Below are positions 1-9,100 of a DNA stretch of 15,676 nt, one piece after another. Position 1 is the stretch's first letter, and each line of letters starts with the position of its first letter. The notes beneath the pieces were generated by a model, which worked only from the letters and a program-made list of their open reading frames with translations, was not told where the DNA came from and searched no databases. Source of the DNA: Candidatus Thorarchaeota archaeon SMTZ1-45 (GTDB lineage Archaea; Asgardarchaeota; Thorarchaeia; Thorarchaeales; Thorarchaeaceae); NCBI GenBank assembly GCA_001563335.1, contig LRSL01000078.1, positions 1-15,676 on the forward strand. Reading direction: 5' to 3'. Position numbers and translations under genes: made by a program.

Positions 1-647
1 CAAGTAGTGGTTTTTCCTGATTTAAGAGATGAAACTTGATTTTCTTTAAATTTTGATCCACATAGTGGACATAGCCAAATTCGAATTTCATCCGCAGTGT
101 CTGATTCAACCTCCATCTCACCACCAATCTCCTTAACCGCTTTCTCAGCCCAAGATTGTGCAGAGGATTGACCAAGATCCTTGAAGAGAGCCATCGCCTC
201 CTGTAGAAGTGGCTTTGCCTCTGTAAGTCGAGCAAGACCACGTAACGCTAAGGCAAGCCCGAGAGCATTCCAAGCAGTATACCATTTATCAGCAACGCTC
301 TTGGCAAGCTCCAAACCTTTCTCAAAGAGTTTCGCAGCGTTTCGATAATCCATTTTTCTAAACGAAACTTGTCCAAGACCCCAATACGCAGCTGCTTGAT
401 ACCACTTATTCGAGATGCTTAACCCTTCCTCCAAGAGTTTATTATAGAGTTTTTCAGCCTTCTTGAGCTCATGCGTATTGACAACACAATCACCCATAAT
501 TCGAAGTGCTTCAATAGCCCTATCAACACGCCCTTCCTTCTGGAACTTCTTCCGAGCTTTTTCAGCTGCTTTCATGCATTTCTTAAAGTCCGCAGCTGAA
601 TGAAGGCGTGTAGCTTCTGCGAGTAGGTCTTCTGATGTGGGAGTCAT
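1..647 (-). CDS. TPR-repeat protein with C-terminal zinc ribbon (partial; 3' end lies beyond the left edge)
   Basis: Manual translation from ATG at 647 is open to position 1: MTPTSEDLLAEATRLHSAADFKKCMKAAEKARKKFQKEG...; TPR-like helical pairs (EALRIMGDCVVNTHELKKAEKLYNKLL; AAAYWGLGQVSFRKMDYRNAAKLFEKGLELA; AWNALGLALALRGLARLTEAKPLLQEAMALF); ends ...IWLCPLCGSKFKENQVSSLKSGKTTT plus a partial TG codon. Absent from the ORF track because no stop codon is in the window. Confidence 0.9.
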   Translation of the reverse strand, partial: MTPTSEDLLAEATRLHSAADFKKCMKAAEKARKKFQKEGRVDRAIEALRIMGDCVVNTHELKKAEKLYNKLLEEGLSISNKWYQAAAYWGLGQVSFRKMDYRNAAKLFEKGLELAKSVADKWYTAWNALGLALALRGLARLTEAKPLLQEAMALFKDLGQSSAQSWAEKAVKEIGGEMEVESDTADEIRIWLCPLCGSKFKENQVSSLKSGKTTT

Positions 648-669
648 GTATTGAGCATCTCATGAGGAA

Positions 670-676
670 ATATAAA
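670..676 (-). promoter_or_regulatory. Archaeal TATA box (TTTATAT) for the TPR gene; probably a leaderless transcript
   Basis: TTTATAT on the minus strand lies 23-29 nt upstream of ATG 647, the spacing expected if transcription starts at or near the start codon; no clear SD before the ATG. Confidence 0.6.
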
Positions 677-750
677 CAAGTTGTCATACCTTTGAGGTTT
701 CATGATTTAACATTTGGATGAATCCGACGCAAATTATTACAGTTCTTCAT

Positions 751-3105
751 TTATCGATGATAGGTCAGAACAACATCATTCGATAGGGGGATTAACCTCA
801 GGTGAGGCGACCGATCTTTTACAGCTCTGTCTATTATACTTCCTCCATATGCTTTCACCATTCTCAAAGGAACAGTTTCTGGCACATGGACTTCAATTTC
901 ATCTGGAAGAATTTCCATTCCAGTTTCAATTTGATGTTGATTCGCAGACTGTCCTATTTCAATAGCAGTCTTTCCAAATCTCGTTGGAAGTCCTTTGATA
1001 GTTAGGGGTTTCTTTGCAGTATACCATTCACTAGGTATTCCAGCTAGGAAGACCAGATTGTTGTTGTCCTCATGAACAAGCATGTCACTCAGAAGAAGAA
1101 TGATGTCTGCTGCAGCCAACACACTCGAACCAGTCCCTCCGCCACCTCCAAAGGTTCGAGGACTCACATATTCTGGTAATAGATAATCCTCTGAAAGGAA
1201 TTCAAGAGCTCTTCGGAGAAGAGGTTCTGCGACATCCCGTTGTTTATCCCAAACATGAAACTGGGCAATTCTCATAGCTAGATGACTGGAAAAGGACTCC
1301 TCAGGATGACGAGTTTTCCAGAGACCTCGAATTATTCGTCTTTCAGAAACTTTCTTACACAATAATCGAAGGAATTTCTTATCGAACCCATCGATTCTGA
1401 GTTGAACGATACTTGTTAAGATGTCAAGGATAGCTCTATCAATTTCAAACATCTTAGGGTCTTTTTGACGGGGCCAACGTGCGTTCTGTATTTGTTCGAA
1501 TTGCTCCTGTGCGAGATTTTCAACAATAGAGACCTTATCTTTGATTTTTGCAACCAGACCTACTTCGGTCAGTGTGAAATATGTCACGCTTTCCTGGAGA
1601 GCTGCGAGGTTCCATAGTGATTCATTGAAGTTCTTCAACATTGAAGGATTCAAAACGCTGTAATGTTCAAGAGGTGAATCTTCAAGCTCATCAGTAGATA
1701 GCTCATTGGAAAATTGTTCAGTAGGTTTCTGCCTAGGATGCTCTGCAGTAAGTAATGTAATCATATTCTCAGCCAAGTAAACAAGGAATCTGTGAATGTC
1801 CTGCAATGATTCTCTTTGCAAGGAATAGCCTTGCAACTTTAGAAGCCCCCAAAGTGCACTGTTGAACATTGCAGTGTCAATAGCAACTTCTGAACTTTGA
1901 TAGGTTTTTGATAACTTGTTGGCTATTTTGTTGGCTACGTCAATCCCACCAGATTTGATTAATGCAAGTAGAACTCTAATTCGGTCTCGCCAATTCAAAG
2001 ATGATGTAAAACAATCTTTGTTATGTGAAAACATGACAGAATGTGATTGTATTGCAAGAGAAGCTGCAGCCTGTGAAAGTACTTGATCTAATTCCTCATC
2101 AGGAAAGAAAGCTTCGCCGCGTTTTTTAGTAAATGAATACCATCTTCCAATCGATAGGTTTCGATTGTGATTATCAGGTCTATACTTTGTAAAGGACTCC
2201 CTATCTGACAATACTTCAAGGGGTGAACTAAAAACAATTTTCCTTGTTCCAGCAGGTGAAAGAGTGATAATGAATTTTAGAATAGCAGTTCCAAACCCAT
2301 CTTTGGAGGATAACTTGTAATCATATCGTGTCTTGTCAGTCTGAATGACTTCTGGAATTGTGATGTCGTTTGCTTCAACTAGATAGACTGCAGATGGATC
2401 TATATCAACTTGAAGCGCAGGCTGGTCATTGGCAAAGATTAGGTTATTTTTAGCGTCAAATTCAAGAGTTTCAATTGGTTCAAAGCCTAAAACAGACATT
2501 GGTCTTAGAGTAACATAGAAAGTTATTGTTGCTTCCTCAAGAGCGATGTTCTTCAAAATCACTTCATTGTAAAGATATTCCATTCCTTGCTGTTCCACAT
2601 GATAAATCAGTCTAGTGAATTCAACTGATTGGACATCTGTTTTCCACTCGTAAAGTTGATCTTCTGATGAGATTAATTTTAACTGGGGACCATCCTTTCC
2701 CATGAGTGCGGGAAAGATGATACCATCGGTTCCCAGAACCCAGATATCTATTGAGCCACATCCTGGAATTGCCATAACTAATCCTCGAGAGTCAGATACT
2801 CCAAACTTCTTTGACCCCACGCCACCTATTAGTGACCAGTTACGATACGAGTTGTTTGCTAGTTCTGTAACTAAGGTTTCTTCCTTGTTAATGGCTTTCA
2901 TGATAAGGTCAATCCATGATGGAAGCATCCATGGTGCAGCTTCAAGATACACTGATGCATTTAGTTGCGCTCTCAGCCGCTCAATTTCAGTATCAGCTGG
3001 TATGTCTATTTCAGGGAGTGGTTTTCCATAATTCTGAGCCACTCGTCTGAAACGCTGTAAACGAGCAAGATCATCCATGACCAAATCAAAGAACCTCTTT
3101 GGCAA
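751..3105 (-). CDS. Six-hairpin (alpha/alpha)6 glycosidase-like protein of uncharacterised family (N-terminal beta domain, helical barrel, C-terminal beta domain)
   Basis: 784-aa ORF, TTG start (ATG at 3078 is an alternative). WRD motif (1984-1992), LPEY motif late in the barrel (Glu at 1171-1173), and C-terminal 'MLVHEDNNNLVFLAGIPSEW...GLPTRFG', typical of the end of (alpha/alpha)6 glycoside hydrolase/phosphorylase-like proteins. No signal peptide, so cytoplasmic. Confidence 0.7.
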   Translation of the reverse strand: MPKRFFDLVMDDLARLQRFRRVAQNYGKPLPEIDIPADTEIERLRAQLNASVYLEAAPWMLPSWIDLIMKAINKEETLVTELANNSYRNWSLIGGVGSKKFGVSDSRGLVMAIPGCGSIDIWVLGTDGIIFPALMGKDGPQLKLISSEDQLYEWKTDVQSVEFTRLIYHVEQQGMEYLYNEVILKNIALEEATITFYVTLRPMSVLGFEPIETLEFDAKNNLIFANDQPALQVDIDPSAVYLVEANDITIPEVIQTDKTRYDYKLSSKDGFGTAILKFIITLSPAGTRKIVFSSPLEVLSDRESFTKYRPDNHNRNLSIGRWYSFTKKRGEAFFPDEELDQVLSQAAASLAIQSHSVMFSHNKDCFTSSLNWRDRIRVLLALIKSGGIDVANKIANKLSKTYQSSEVAIDTAMFNSALWGLLKLQGYSLQRESLQDIHRFLVYLAENMITLLTAEHPRQKPTEQFSNELSTDELEDSPLEHYSVLNPSMLKNFNESLWNLAALQESVTYFTLTEVGLVAKIKDKVSIVENLAQEQFEQIQNARWPRQKDPKMFEIDRAILDILTSIVQLRIDGFDKKFLRLLCKKVSERRIIRGLWKTRHPEESFSSHLAMRIAQFHVWDKQRDVAEPLLRRALEFLSEDYLLPEYVSPRTFGGGGGTGSSVLAAADIILLLSDMLVHEDNNNLVFLAGIPSEWYTAKKPLTIKGLPTRFGKTAIEIGQSANQHQIETGMEILPDEIEVHVPETVPLRMVKAYGGSIIDRAVKDRSPHLRLIPLSNDVVLTYHR

Positions 3106-3191
3106 TGTATTCGTGCGGAATAATTACTGAGTTGAATACAGTTTTGGTCCTTTATTTGTATGTTTAGGCTAGCTAGCGAAAAAACGAAGTG

Positions 3192-3223
3192 AGCCCCTAT
3201 CCATGAGCTGGATGATAGGTGCT
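3192..3223. promoter_or_regulatory. Imperfect inverted repeat, candidate transcription-factor site in the divergent intergenic region
   Basis: AGCCCCTATC-N12-GATAGGTGCT, 9 of 10 arm positions pair; abuts a candidate BRE/TATA. Confidence 0.4.
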
Positions 3224-3236
3224 AAACCCTTAATAG
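3221..3236 (+). promoter_or_regulatory. Candidate BRE/TATA promoter of the ABC operon
   Basis: GCTAAACCCTTAATAG: A-rich BRE-like stretch then TTAATA (3230-3235), about 90 nt before ATG 3322, which has a purine-rich SD-like AGAGGGA. Confidence 0.4.
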
Positions 3237-3321
3237 AGTACAACCAAAGGGTGCCTTCGTCAAGTATAATTTGTAGAAAACTTAGTTGAATCTGGTGCCA
3301 CCATAAAAAGAGGGAAACACA

Positions 3322-4503
3322 ATGGCAGAAGTTCTTGCAAAACCATCGCGACGCATCAGGAACATGGTAATGAAAGAACTTCGGTTAATAATCAAGGACA
3401 AGGTCGCCCTCCTCTTGATTTTCCTACTTCCTGCTGCACTAATTGGGATGCTCTGGTATGTAACTGAAACAAGCAGCTTTGGAGGGATGATGGCTGGTGG
3501 CGGAGGAGCAATAGGTGGCGGCGATGATATAGGTAATGAAACAACTACAGATAGTGGGATCAAGTTAGGTATTGTGGACTTAGATACAACCAGAACCTAT
3601 GATGGAGAAGATCTTTCTGAGAACCTGACTGCGTTCTTTGATGAAATGGCGAATATTACTATGTATAATTCGTCTGCAGACGCATACAGAGCACTATATG
3701 ACCAACTGATTGATGCCTACATCGTGATTCCAGATGGATTTGAAGCCAATCTCACCATAAATGAACCAACATATATCGAAGTCCACTACGATGGAAATGA
3801 TTTACTAGCATCAGCATCCATCCAAGGAGTCATACAAGCGGGAACCATTCTATTTAGAGCATCAAAGCTCTGGATTCGCTCAGAAGTCTTTCCTGGTATA
3901 ATTATTGAGTTCACTCCTCAAGGTGGTTACCTCGAGAGCGTCTTTGGAGGGTTCATTGTAATATTCTCAAGTTACCTCGGGATTGCGATGACTTCAGCTC
4001 AATCAATTGTTGGTGATGTACCCCTTCGGAGAATGTTACTTACACCAACCAATAGGCTAGAAGTTATTGTAGCCAAGGTCATTGGGTATGTAATTATTGG
4101 CTTCTTCCAATCACTTTTGTTAGTTACATTATGGGTACTAGCATTTGATCTAAATCTCAACACAAGTTTTATCTCTCTTGTAATCATCATGAGTCTAAGC
4201 TCGCTCACAGGATCGGCCACAGGGATTTTGATTTCATCTGTTGCAGGTACAAGATTACAGGCTAATCAGATGTTCCTCTTTGTCTTATTTGGCACTCTTA
4301 TTCTTTCAGGCTTTTTCATTAACGTTGGAATCTTGGATTCAATACTCCCAATGAACCAAGGACTTAACCTTCTGATTGATACAGCATTCAAGGGACTAAC
4401 CTTACTACAAGTAATTGATAGAATTCTAACTCTGTTTGGTTTCTCTGCCATTGCAATATTACTTGCAACTTTCGTATTCTCAAGGAAACCCACATTGGAT
4501 TAG
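3322..4503 (+). CDS. ABC-2 type exporter permease (YhhJ/YbhR-like, with extracellular domain)
   Basis: N-terminal 'MVMKELRLIIKDK' ABC-2 signature, TM1, extracellular loop (LGIVDLD...AYIVIPDGF...IEVHYDG), five more hydrophobic segments, 'RRMLLTPTNRLEVIVAK' coupling motif. Confidence 0.93.
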   Translation: MAEVLAKPSRRIRNMVMKELRLIIKDKVALLLIFLLPAALIGMLWYVTETSSFGGMMAGGGGAIGGGDDIGNETTTDSGIKLGIVDLDTTRTYDGEDLSENLTAFFDEMANITMYNSSADAYRALYDQLIDAYIVIPDGFEANLTINEPTYIEVHYDGNDLLASASIQGVIQAGTILFRASKLWIRSEVFPGIIIEFTPQGGYLESVFGGFIVIFSSYLGIAMTSAQSIVGDVPLRRMLLTPTNRLEVIVAKVIGYVIIGFFQSLLLVTLWVLAFDLNLNTSFISLVIIMSLSSLTGSATGILISSVAGTRLQANQMFLFVLFGTLILSGFFINVGILDSILPMNQGLNLLIDTAFKGLTLLQVIDRILTLFGFSAIAILLATFVFSRKPTLD

Positions 4504-6195
4504 GTGATGATGAAGATGATATTAGATACAGACCGCTCGGATTTTCCTGAAGAAGAAAAACCAGCTTTTGTCGAAGAAGCATACTTCTCAGGGGCTAGAT
4601 TGAGCGAAGCTATTGATTGGTGTATTACAAGACAGACCCGTGAGTTGCATTGCGAGGTAGAGGGAAAGCTTACAATAACTGGCAGGGATGTGAAATTCAA
4701 AGGTCGAATCTTGAAAGTCAAAAAGGGTGTTCTTACACGTAAGATTGCTGTCTATGTAGAAGAAGACCTCCGTAGACAACGTGTAGGAGAACTTGACAAG
4801 GTACTCACTGTAGGTGGAGAGGGTTCAAGTCAGGATGATATTGCAGCCACGCAAATCACTGTCCAGAACTACTTGAAGAGGAATATGGCTGACGACCTAT
4901 ATTATGATGGTCGGGACCTCCAACAAGCTGTGAAGGACCTTGAAAAAATGAAAAGTCAGGAGGTCGAGTGCACGGTATGGGGTAGAAGAGGTTCTGATAA
5001 GACATTGATTATGATTAAGGGAACAATTGTTGGTGCATCAACCAGACCAGCCCCGATTCTTCCAGAGGGAACTCTTGAGGTACGAGTCGCTCCAGAAGAG
5101 GAGGTTGGAGACCCTAAGATTTACATGGTTGCACAACCCCAGCTTCTGATCGGACCTAGTTATAATCCAAACCTCACAATTCTCGCGAACAAAGTGTACA
5201 TCATGCCTTTCGCTTGGAAACAAGCTCCTGAATATAGAGATGTACTAGCAGCCAGAAATCTGACAGTGGCTATCAAGAGTGGAAAGAAACTCATAGAGAA
5301 TGTGTCATTCTCAATACGAGAGGGAGAAATGCTAGCCATTATTGGAGAGTCCGGTGCAGGAAAATCAACTACTGTGAAAGCGCTAATCGGGGACATTCCA
5401 AGCACAGGTGTGGCAAGAATAGCAGGGATTGATTCAAGGCAGACCCAGAAAGTCAGACATTTCTTTGGATATTGTCCACAGGATCTTTCATACATGTACG
5501 AAACTTTCACTCCCCTTGAGAACATCATAGCCTTTGGAAAACAATATGATATTCCAGAGTGGCAGCTCATTCAGAGAGGCAAGACCCTCCTAAGAGATTT
5601 CGGGATACTGGAGAAAGGGAACAACCAAACCAAAAAGCTGAGTGGAGGGGAACAGAGAAGAGTTTCAATTGGTATTGCGCTCGCACATAAACCAAAGGTT
5701 CTTCTCATGGACGAACCAACCTCAGGTCTTGATCCTGATAATAGAAATGAGCTATGGAGCTATCTATCTTATATCAACCAAGAGTACGGAACTTCGATAA
5801 TTGTCATTACGCATTATCCCGTTGAGGCTGAATTCTGTGATAAGGTGGCGGTCTTTATGCGTGGAAAGAGTCTTGTTGCTTTTGGAAGTCCAGCCTCACT
5901 AAAGGAGTCTATGCCCTCCAGGGGATTTGCAGTTGGGATTGTACTTGAAGAGGTGGACCCAAGAGCAAGAAGGACACTTGAGACTGTGAAGGGAGTTCGT
6001 TTTGTTCTTCAGCGAGGGGAGCTTCTAAAAGTATTCACAGACGAGCCCTTGGAAATAATTGCAGAGGAATGCGTGACAGCTTTAAAGGAACAAGACATTG
6101 TAGTCAAAATTGTAAAAACAAAGTCGGTAGCGGATATGGTTGACTATTATGTCGCTATAACTCGAGGGCTCATTCAAGGTACAATTGAGAAGTGA
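4504..6195 (+). CDS. ABC ATPase (DrrA/CcmA-like) with N-terminal tandem TrmB-effector-like domains
   Basis: Walker A GESGAGKS, Q-loop GYCPQ, signature LSGGE, Walker B VLLMDEP, D-loop SGLD, H-loop ITH. First ~240 aa are not NBD. True start is probably ATG 4510 or 4516, downstream of the SD-like AGGTGA at 4502-4507. Confidence 0.93.
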   Translation: MMMKMILDTDRSDFPEEEKPAFVEEAYFSGARLSEAIDWCITRQTRELHCEVEGKLTITGRDVKFKGRILKVKKGVLTRKIAVYVEEDLRRQRVGELDKVLTVGGEGSSQDDIAATQITVQNYLKRNMADDLYYDGRDLQQAVKDLEKMKSQEVECTVWGRRGSDKTLIMIKGTIVGASTRPAPILPEGTLEVRVAPEEEVGDPKIYMVAQPQLLIGPSYNPNLTILANKVYIMPFAWKQAPEYRDVLAARNLTVAIKSGKKLIENVSFSIREGEMLAIIGESGAGKSTTVKALIGDIPSTGVARIAGIDSRQTQKVRHFFGYCPQDLSYMYETFTPLENIIAFGKQYDIPEWQLIQRGKTLLRDFGILEKGNNQTKKLSGGEQRRVSIGIALAHKPKVLLMDEPTSGLDPDNRNELWSYLSYINQEYGTSIIVITHYPVEAEFCDKVAVFMRGKSLVAFGSPASLKESMPSRGFAVGIVLEEVDPRARRTLETVKGVRFVLQRGELLKVFTDEPLEIIAEECVTALKEQDIVVKIVKTKSVADMVDYYVAITRGLIQGTIEK

Positions 6196-9100
6196 TTCGA
6201 TGGCAGGTCTGAAACAAACATTGATGCATCTGATCCAGAAACTAGCGGCATACTTTCTGGTATACATCATAATTGTTAGTGGACTTTCCGTGTTCCCACC
6301 TGTTGTTGGAATAAGCCCCTATGTGACAGAACCCATGAACAAAATCGATGATTCACTACTCAATCAGACTTCCCTGGACCAGCGCCTTGATGTACTTGTA
6401 GGGTATGATGAAAAAGCAGGTGAAATCAAGGCCAAGAATGCAGTTTTGTTTGCAGACCATACCGCAGAATTGATTGATACATTCGAATCTATTGGTATGC
6501 TCCATGTAAAGATGTTAGGTTCATCTATTGTTGACTTGGCCAAAGAGGCATTCATCACAAGGATATGGTCGAACGAAGTCGCAACGATTGAACAAATACA
6601 GATTACTACAGATGCCACATCATCTTTAGAAGACTATGTACCTCTCATTGACCGAATTGGTGCAAGAGACCTCTGGGATGCTGGATATAATGGAACTGGT
6701 ACTGTTATTGCAGTTCTTGACACAGGTGTTGATCCCCTTCATCCGGACTTCAGCGTATCTGCATTTGCATCATTTGTAGAAGCAGACACCTTACCTCTAG
6801 ACCTTGTTGGACATGGAACATATGCAGCTTCTATAGCAGCAGGTTCCGGAAACATGTCTGAAGGAATATATGCGGGAATTGCACCAGGTGCAACACTGCT
6901 CTCTGCGAAGGTGACCCTCGGAGGACTTTTTGCAGCTCCAAGTTGGATTGTGTCGGGCATTGAATGGGCTAGCAGTCGAGGTGCAGATATCATTCTTCTT
7001 CCATTCAACACTCTGGGTGCTCCCGATGATGCAGTTTCTGAGGCAATCGAGATAGCTGCCAATAAGGGCATCTTTGTCATTGCTGCCTCAGGAGATGACG
7101 GACCGGATTATCTAACTGTTATGTCACCTGGTGGAAATGCAGCATCATTCTGTGTAGGCGCCTATGACACCGAAAAACAGGAGATACCTGACTTCTCTGG
7201 GAGAGGTCCCTCGCTCTCACTACTTACAAAACCGGATTTGGTGGCTCCAGGAGTGGGTGTTGTTGGAGCTAAAGCAGGTGTTGGTCTTTCTAGTCTTGGT
7301 TTTGGAGATATATCACTTAGTGATCTTGGAAACTTAGGTGGACTTGGTGGACTGCTTGGAGGTTCACTTGGTGAAACCATAGATGAGAATTATACAATTG
7401 CAGACACGACCACTGCTTCAGCAGCCATCACTGCAGGTGCAGCAGCAATCCTATTACAAGCGTTTGATAGAGTCACTCCAATAACCTTAGCTAATGTTCT
7501 TCGAAACACTGCAACTCCCATTGGCTACGGTGCTAATGATGGTGGAGCCGGACTTCTCAATTTGCAGGCTGCTTTCAATTATCTAAGTACTAAACAAACT
7601 CCTGGAGATCCACACACGCGAGCAACAAGTTTGCCCCTTCTTGCACTTGGACTTATCACAGCAAGTGGAACAGATGCATCAACTACTTTGCTGATGAGTA
7701 GCTTCGGAACAACTCTCGTAGCTCTTGATGAACGTAATCCTCAGGATTCAGGAATCCATCTGATGATGGGTATGTTCTCTATAAAGTGGAACAATGAAAA
7801 CCCAATGAATCTGATGATGTTTGATGTCAAAAGTGAGTTACATCAAGTGGTTTCAGCTTCAGCTATTACACCGTACAATCGTTATGTTGGTGTGTTGTCA
7901 TATAATGACTCAATCTATGTCACATTCAAAGTTGAATCGTATAATCTTACAACTTACTCGCCTCTACCTCTAACTGCTCTCAGAATTACACCCTATATCC
8001 TCAACCTTGGGAGCGAACCGATTGAGAATGTGAGTCTGTATGTGTCCTATTCATTGGACCTCTATCTTGATGGTGAGTCAGACCATGGTAAATATGACCT
8101 TGACAATCAACAGCTCTTTGCATATGGTCTCTCAGAGAGTTATGGTAACTTTTACGTAGGAATGAACTCAAGTATCCCGCTTTCTGCGTTTGAGGTCGGT
8201 AACTCATCCAACATTGCCAACCATGTGTCAGACAACAATTTGACAGGCTCTACTGTCTTTGATGGCGATGTTGGTTTAGCAATGCAGTGGGATTTTGGAG
8301 CTCTAGATGTTGATGATCTTGCCAATGTAACAATAGCCATGGGTTTTGGTGAAAATCGATCAGTTCTTGATGCATCAATTGATGCCATGTGGCAATATGA
8401 TATTCCCGCGGGTGCTTTAACTCAAGGAGACCTCATTGTTGTAGAGTCTGATGTTCCAAGAATAGCAAAAGCAGGTCAAACATATCAATCAAGAGCTGTA
8501 ATTATGAATATAGGAGAGGAAAACTCCACAGCTATCGGAGCTATGATGGTAGTTGAGGGGTCAGCAGATGAGGGAACTCTATTTGCAAGATATTTCTCCT
8601 ATGATGTGATAGAACCCTTCAAAGCTAAAGTGCTAATGACAGATTGGCGGCCAGAAACAGAGGGTGTGAGAACTGCGGCTTGGGCTGTTTCAACGGGATT
8701 AGATCAAATCGTTAATCTTGTTTCTAATCCTGCAGAACTACTACTCACCATAGGAGTCGGAATCTTGGATGATTTTATACTTCGAGATGTATTCATCATC
8801 ACTCCGATATCATCAACATCAGTATTTCCAAAAGAACTACCATTTGCTCCATTTGACATCCGATTCCCAGCAGATTTTGGTCTCTATAGCTTTGTCTTGT
8901 CCACTACTGAGTCACTTGGAAATCTCACCATTACAAACTACGGAAATGCCTCAGAATGGGGCAATATGTCACTGACCAGCGCAGACACAATTGAAGGATT
9001 CTATGACTTCTCATTATTCTTGCTTTCACCACCCATTGGAATGGACGGGTATCATAGGTGTGACTATGTTCTCAAAACAGAAGCAGGATGGAGTGACAAC

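Noticed and set aside
684-727. Small hairpins between the glycosidase-like and TPR genes (ACCT-TTG-AGGT; GGAT-GA-ATCC) as terminators
   Set aside because: Stems of only 4-5 bp and no convincing oligo-T tract on the minus strand; expected by chance.
3198-3217. TrmB-family TGM operator (TATCAC-N5-GTGATA)
   Set aside because: The sequence is TATC-N12-GATA; spacing and inner bases do not match, so no link to TrmB-type regulation can be claimed.
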